A stretch of 64,000 nucleotides of DNA, from positions 405 through 64,404 of the forward strand of contig PCUL01000203.1 in NCBI GenBank assembly GCA_002771745.1, written 5' to 3'. Positions 59,360 to 64,000 of the stretch are shown here, in pieces. Each line of letters starts with the position of its first letter. Position 1 is the first letter of the stretch. Below the pieces are notes generated by a model. It was not told the DNA's origin and ran no database searches. It saw only the letters and a program-made list of their open reading frames with translations. Made by a program: the position numbers and the translations under genes. The stretch comes from Bacteroidetes bacterium CG18_big_fil_WC_8_21_14_2_50_41_14 (lineage in GTDB: Bacteria; Bacteroidota; Bacteroidia; Bacteroidales; F082).

Positions 59360-59941
59360 TCAAATCCTTTCAGATAAAAATGATGCTAATTTCTGTACTG
59401 CTTTTCCCCTGTGACTAATGGCGTTCTTTTCATCGTCAGGTATTTCACCAAACGTTTTATTAAACCCCAACGGACGAAAAATAGGATCGTAGCCAAAGCC
59501 GGAATTTCCCATTTCAAACCGGGTGATTTCACCCTCCACTACTCCATCGAAAAAATATTCTTTCTTATTTAAAATCAATGAAATAACGGTTCGAAACCTG
59601 GCCAGCCTGTTTGTTTCATTTTCCATCTCTTTGAGCACCTTCACCACGTTGTCGTGAAAAGAACACCCTTCACCAGCATATCGGGCTGAATAAACACCGG
59701 GCCGTCCATTTAAAGCATCAATCTCGAGTCCTGTATCATCCGAAAAACAGTCAATTTGAAATTGATCGAAAATGGCATGTGATTTCTGTGAAGCATTCTC
59801 TTTAAGCGTTTGCCCTGTTTCAGGAATTTCTTCATAAAAATGGATATCACTTAGCTTTAAGACCTCCATTATACCATTTAAAATGGTCTTTATTTCAATC
59901 AATTTATGTTGATTATTGGTGACAAATAAAATTTTCCTCAT
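59360..59941 (-). CDS. rdgB: Non-canonical purine NTP pyrophosphatase (RdgB/HAM1)
   Basis: KILFVTNNQHKLIEIK, SDDTGLEIDALNGRPGVYSARY, FGYDPIF motifs. Confidence 0.9.
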   Translation of the reverse strand: MRKILFVTNNQHKLIEIKTILNGIMEVLKLSDIHFYEEIPETGQTLKENASQKSHAIFDQFQIDCFSDDTGLEIDALNGRPGVYSARYAGEGCSFHDNVVKVLKEMENETNRLARFRTVISLILNKKEYFFDGVVEGEITRFEMGNSGFGYDPIFRPLGFNKTFGEIPDDEKNAISHRGKAVQKLASFLSERI

Positions 59942-60004
59942 AAATATCAATGTGATCAGTAGTTTAATTGGCAAATGTAAAGACATTTACGTTGAATAAT
60001 TTTT

Positions 60005-60012
60005 TACTTTTG
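60005..60012 (+). promoter_or_regulatory. -7 promoter box TACTTTTG
   Basis: Exact TAnnTTTG 54 nt upstream of the ATG at 60067. Confidence 0.4.
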
Positions 60013-60066
60013 ACTTCTGCGATGGGGAAAAAATCACAATGTGTCATAAAATAAAATCTTAAACCT

Positions 60067-60351
60067 ATGAAAACCTTAAAAGCAGCCTTGTTAATCACAG
60101 GCTTTCTATTGATGATCAGTGCTTGTAATTGCGATTCCAAGCAATCGAGCTGGAGTGTCGATCAACAAAAAGAATGGAAATCGAATTGTATGAAATTTAT
60201 GACAGACCGGGGAGTTGAAGATCGTGACGCCACCGATTTCTGTGATTGCATGTATTCAAAAACATCAAACAAATACACTCCCGACGAGGCGAAGAACATC
60301 ACCACGGACGAGCAGCGTAAGTTGTGGAACGAATGTGATTATAGTTGGTAA
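60067..60351 (+). CDS. Small Cys-rich lipoprotein, hypothetical
   Basis: Lipobox-like LLMISAC; 94 aa; 7 Cys; terminator immediately downstream. Confidence 0.55.
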   Translation: MKTLKAALLITGFLLMISACNCDSKQSSWSVDQQKEWKSNCMKFMTDRGVEDRDATDFCDCMYSKTSNKYTPDEAKNITTDEQRKLWNECDYSW

Positions 60352-60356
60352 ACCAT

Positions 60357-60396
60357 CAAAAAAAAAGCGGGCCTAAACGACCCGCTTCTTTTTTTT
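60357..60396. terminator. Bidirectional rho-independent terminator
   Basis: AGCGGG ... CCCGCT stem flanked by A8 on the left and a T-run on the right, between convergent genes. Confidence 0.8.
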
Positions 60397-60401
60397 AAAA
60401 A

Positions 60402-61760
60402 TTATGGAAACACAATAGGGGGATAGTTCGCTACGGATACTTTTGGTATCTGGGCGGTGTATTGTGCATTGATAGCATCGATAAAATAGTTTGCTACCAG
60501 GGCATTTCCCTGAGGTGTCAAATGAATTCCATCCAGTGAAAACAAGTTTCCGGTTACAAATTTTGTGGAGAATGTAATACCGTCGAAGATTAAACCATTG
60601 GCAGAAATATCAACCATAATGGCGTTAAAATCAACGAATGCCAGGCCGTTAACATCTGCAGTTTGTTTAATGATGTTATTAAAAGCAATGGTGGCTGCGG
60701 TAATGTTGTCAATTTCAGCTTCGGTCAGGATGTACTGGTTTGGCACAGGAACACCACTTCCCCAGGTAGCACATTTAATGGAATCCTGAGGCAGGGTCAA
60801 CAAAGCAAGTTCATTGGAAGTCATTTGGCGGAACTGCAATTGTGCCGGAACACCTTCCATGCCCGGATCCATAATAACCATTGGGTTGGGGCCTAACTCA
60901 AAATGAATGCGGTAAAGTTTACCCATTTGTTCCATTGCGGCATTATAAGGTGCGTAACTCGCGTTTAAAAAATCTACCGCGTATTGCATCGAATCGGGGA
61001 TGGCAATTACATTATAAGGAATGGTTGTAAAAAAAGCCGCATTGGTAATACTAGGAATATTGGCAAGAACCCCCTTTGCACCACCAGTGACCAGGGTTTG
61101 AGCCAACATATTATAATATTGTCCAAACTGCTCAGTCGGAGTAATAACATCGCCGGCTCCCCCTGATGTAGCATAACCCAGTACATCGTTATTTCCAATC
61201 CAAAGAGAAAAGAAAGTAGGCGACATGGACATGGCCTGAGCAACCACTGAAATATCAGGAGATGCAGCAAACTTTACAAAATATGGATTCGCCAAGCCTG
61301 CTTGCAGGTTCGCGGCGTTTCCATAACCAGGAGCCAGTAAATGAGCAACTTTGGCTCCGGGAACACCCATGTTATTTACTGCATAATCGATGTGATTTGA
61401 CCAGGGATCGAGTTCTCCATTATCCAAAACAGGCCCCAGGCTGGTTACACCAAGGCAATCGACACTAAAACCAAGTTTTCTTTTTCCGGGCAATACGCCA
61501 AATTCGCTTGTCACTACAGGTTGAACAAAGGGTTGTCCTCCTACCGTAGTTAATTGCTGCCCTAAAATATTGGCCCAGCTATAGCTTTGTCCCGATGTAT
61601 AAAGTGCGCCATCAGCATAACCAGCTGTAAGCGAATTACCAAGTGCCACATAAGTTTTAAAATCGGCAGATCCGTTGCTTGGGGTAAATTCATTGACTTC
61701 AGGCTTACATGAAACAATAAAAGCCAGCAATGCCAAATAAAATAAATATCTAATTTTCAT
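60402..61760 (-). CDS. SGNH/GDSL-family hydrolase lipoprotein
   Basis: Lipobox AFIVSC. GDSL-variant block ALGNSLTAGY. C-terminal block SLDGIHLT (Asp-x-x-His). Confidence 0.7.
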   Translation of the reverse strand: MKIRYLFYLALLAFIVSCKPEVNEFTPSNGSADFKTYVALGNSLTAGYADGALYTSGQSYSWANILGQQLTTVGGQPFVQPVVTSEFGVLPGKRKLGFSVDCLGVTSLGPVLDNGELDPWSNHIDYAVNNMGVPGAKVAHLLAPGYGNAANLQAGLANPYFVKFAASPDISVVAQAMSMSPTFFSLWIGNNDVLGYATSGGAGDVITPTEQFGQYYNMLAQTLVTGGAKGVLANIPSITNAAFFTTIPYNVIAIPDSMQYAVDFLNASYAPYNAAMEQMGKLYRIHFELGPNPMVIMDPGMEGVPAQLQFRQMTSNELALLTLPQDSIKCATWGSGVPVPNQYILTEAEIDNITAATIAFNNIIKQTADVNGLAFVDFNAIMVDISANGLIFDGITFSTKFVTGNLFSLDGIHLTPQGNALVANYFIDAINAQYTAQIPKVSVANYPPIVFP

Positions 61761-61778
61761 GATTCTTTCTTTTTAAAA

Positions 61779-62993
61779 TTAAAACTTAAAGCTTACACCA
61801 ATTCCGGGAATATAAACGATTGTTTGATAAGTTCCTTTGAAGTTACTTGGAGTATATTCCTTTTCTGCTGTTTGACCAAATAGTTGTAAAAACGAAACAT
61901 CAATACTCAGTTTTTCGATGGGACTGTATGAAAGGCCAAGGGTATAAGCAAAAGTGTTTAAGCTTACCGTTTCAGGGGTAAAATACTTCTCGTTTGTAGG
62001 CGATTGGTCGTAATACATACCAGCCCTGAGTTGAAATTGATCGTTTAAGCTATACTGAGCACCAATACGTGGAATAAAAGTGTCCTTATATTCGCGTGGG
62101 TTGGTTGAATTTAACAAGGCTCCTTGTTCCTCAAAGGTAAAGTCGAGGGATTTGTATGTTCCCCACATCACCCAGTCGAGTTCGAATGCAAGCAGCAACT
62201 GCTCAGTGGCCTGATAAGAAACACTGAAGTCGAGGTTAGCCGGCAGGGGTAGTTCTGCATCAAATTTGTTGGCTTTTGGAATGGTAGTCTGCAAAGCTGA
62301 TGGAACGGTGAACGTTGCATCACCACCTTCCATTTTCATCATTATTTCTGAGCGATAATCCACTCCAAACGCAAGCTTTTCACTGGCTTTATAAAAGGCG
62401 CCGATGTTAAAACCATAACTTGTGGTTGAACCTTTCAGGTTAGCTTCTGCATCACCAGAATAATTCAAGGCTTTATTAATTTCCACATCACCCATGGCCA
62501 GAATAAATCCGGCCCCGATACCAAACTTCTCATTGAAATTAAACGAAATAGTTGGCTGAACAAAGATGGCTTTGAGCGCAATGTTTTGAATCAACAATTT
62601 ACCTGTCCAATCATCGTCCCATTTTGATGTACTGCCATAAGGAGTGTAAACCCCAACCCCAACAGCAATCATGTCGTTAATTTTGCCTGCACCATAAACA
62701 TAAAAAGGTGTTGACATTGGATTGTCTGTCTGGTAATTTTCATTTGACCCGGCACGTTGAAAATCAACGTTGGACATAATCCCGCTTGCTCCCAATTCAA
62801 AATGAAGTTTGTCTTTCATTAGAGAGAGAGCCCCAGGGTTGTAAAAGATAGAACTGGATCCCATGTTTAATGAAGTACCCACTAGTCCCATTCCGTTCTG
62901 CTTATTTCCTTGCAAGCGCACTTGATATCCGCCTGCATACATTGTCATGGAAAAAAGCAACGATGACAACAAAAACAGTGTAATTTTTCTCAT
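61779..62993 (-). CDS. FadL/OMPP1/TodX-family outer-membrane transport protein
   Basis: Signal peptide followed by the GGYQVRLQG start typical of the family. Beta-strand pattern throughout; ends VSFKF. Confidence 0.75.
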   Translation of the reverse strand: MRKITLFLLSSLLFSMTMYAGGYQVRLQGNKQNGMGLVGTSLNMGSSSIFYNPGALSLMKDKLHFELGASGIMSNVDFQRAGSNENYQTDNPMSTPFYVYGAGKINDMIAVGVGVYTPYGSTSKWDDDWTGKLLIQNIALKAIFVQPTISFNFNEKFGIGAGFILAMGDVEINKALNYSGDAEANLKGSTTSYGFNIGAFYKASEKLAFGVDYRSEIMMKMEGGDATFTVPSALQTTIPKANKFDAELPLPANLDFSVSYQATEQLLLAFELDWVMWGTYKSLDFTFEEQGALLNSTNPREYKDTFIPRIGAQYSLNDQFQLRAGMYYDQSPTNEKYFTPETVSLNTFAYTLGLSYSPIEKLSIDVSFLQLFGQTAEKEYTPSNFKGTYQTIVYIPGIGVSFKF

Positions 62994-63067
62994 AAATAAA
63001 TATTTTTAAGTTATGCGGGGTAAAACTACAAAATTAATTACACCGTTAACTTTTCACAATAAAATAT

Positions 63068-63739
63068 TTACCAACGAATAGGTTCTAAACCTATCTTTTT
63101 GAGAATGTTGTTTGTTTTTGAAAAATGTTTGCATCCAAAAAAACCAGCATAAGCGGATAAAGGCGAAGGATGGGCCGCCGTTAAAACCACATGTTTAGTG
63201 GTGTTGATTAGAACTTGCTTTTTCTTTGCATGATTTCCCCAAAGGATAAAAACAACGTCATTCTTTTTGAGGGAAATGGCTTTAATTACTTCATCGGTAA
63301 ATGTTTCCCAACCTTGCCCCGCGTGAGAAGCAGGTGCCGCCCGGCGGACAGTGAGTGTAGTATTGAGCAACAACACTCCCTGATCGGCCCAGTTTTCAAG
63401 GTTACCAGACTTGCGTGCTTCTATTCCCAAATCGTCTTTTAGCTCCTGATAAATATTTTTTAATGATGGAGGAATAGCAATACCATCCGGCACTGAGAAA
63501 CACAAACCATGAGCTTGTCCCTCGCCATGATAAGGATCTTGTCCAAGAATAACCACTTTTACTTTTGAAAGAGGCGTATGTGCGAAGGCGGAGAATATCT
63601 TCGGCCCGGGAGGATAAATAATCTGTTGTTTTTTTTCTGCTTTGATAAAATCTACCAGTTTTAAAAAATAAGGTTTGTCAAACTCTTCCGACAGGACCTG
63701 CTTCCAACTTTCTTCAATTTCAACGTTATTTCTAGTCAT
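63068..63739 (-). CDS. ung: Uracil-DNA glycosylase
   Basis: VVILGQDPYHG, GVLLLNTTLTV, HPSPLSA motifs. Start at MTRNNVEIEESW. Confidence 0.93.
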   Translation of the reverse strand: MTRNNVEIEESWKQVLSEEFDKPYFLKLVDFIKAEKKQQIIYPPGPKIFSAFAHTPLSKVKVVILGQDPYHGEGQAHGLCFSVPDGIAIPPSLKNIYQELKDDLGIEARKSGNLENWADQGVLLLNTTLTVRRAAPASHAGQGWETFTDEVIKAISLKKNDVVFILWGNHAKKKQVLINTTKHVVLTAAHPSPLSAYAGFFGCKHFSKTNNILKKIGLEPIRW

Positions 63740-63845
63740 TTGTAAATTTTTAACCATAAGGGGCAATAAAATCATAAAAATCTTGTTAATTAAGCAAAAT
63801 GTGCTTTCCTTTGTCGATAGCTAACAATTATTATTCAGTAAAGTT

Positions 63846-63974
63846 ATGAAAAAATTAATCGTCCTGATATCAACCGTTTTACTCATTGTTGTACTTGCCA
63901 GTTCCTGTAAATCTTCCAGCAAATGTGCAGCTTACGGCGAAACACAAAAGTATCAAAAAGAAGCCAAGTATTAA
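63846..63974 (+). CDS. Possible 42-aa lipoprotein-like small ORF (below the ORF-track cut-off)
   Basis: MKKLIVLISTVLLIVVLASSCKSSSKCAAYGETQKYQKEAKY: signal-like hydrophobic core plus a Cys after ASS. ATG to TAA read by hand. Confidence 0.3.
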   Translation: MKKLIVLISTVLLIVVLASSCKSSSKCAAYGETQKYQKEAKY

Positions 63975-64000
63975 GTTTACCCTTGTGCTTTGGCAAGCCT

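Noticed and set aside
1-64000. Search for CRISPR arrays, tRNA/rRNA genes, IS elements, integrases, or multi-gene defence systems (restriction-modification, retron reverse transcriptase, CBASS-like and similar).
   Set aside because: I saw no regularly spaced direct repeats, no tRNA cloverleaf candidates (the only GTTCAATCC-like string, at 47245, lacks a pairing T-stem and acceptor), and no reverse transcriptase, nuclease-helicase or recombinase-like translations in any ORF of the track.

Overview
The window looks like a chromosomal segment of a Bacteroidota bacterium. Three things support this. TAnnTTTG-type -7 promoter boxes sit 17-50 nt upstream of many start codons (about 105 nt in one case). 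Two proteins carry T9SS C-terminal sorting tails. There is a lipid A cluster with lpxC next to fabZ, plus a pyruvate:ferredoxin oxidoreductase. I count about 57 protein genes, tightly packed and almost all housekeeping:
- translation and RNA modification: alaS, tyrS, efp, mnmA, rluD, a trmH-like fragment;
- purine and folate: purD, purC, folK;
- envelope: lpxD-lpxC-fabZ-lpxA-efp-lpxD2, an O-antigen ligase-like gene, two Wzz-like genes, a flippase, hldD, ddl, a PASTA protein, M23 and glucosaminidase enzymes, OmpA/SPOR/FadL-type outer-membrane proteins;
- redox: nifJ, a DHOD-like gene, sod;
- repair: ung, rnhB, rdgB;
- one orphan hybrid sensor kinase.

I saw no rRNA, tRNA, CRISPR array, transposase or integrase. 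The one place that is not ordinary is 46.38-48.19 kb, between an SDR epimerase-like gene and acpS. It holds 943 bp with no credible ORF, made of GC-enriched, hairpin-dense blocks. These include a perfect 12-bp hairpin, a perfect 16-bp stem, a roughly 150-nt block closed by a 7-bp helix, and a + strand terminator-like hairpin. Next comes a DUF2281-antitoxin/PIN-toxin pair whose toxin is broken by a 1-nt frameshift. The whole toxin-antitoxin (TA) pair is bracketed by long, diverged inverted repeats that match in the same order along both arms. I could not match the non-coding part to tmRNA, RNase P, SRP RNA or any riboswitch I know, so it is my best candidate for something undescribed: a structured RNA and/or a foldback mobile cassette. 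Secondary oddities are an in-frame TAA that splits the normally fused lpxC/fabZ, tandem paralog pairs (Wzz-like genes and small OMPs), and two perfect palindromes in divergent promoter regions. All calls rest on reading translations and sequence by eye. No database search or folding calculation was possible.
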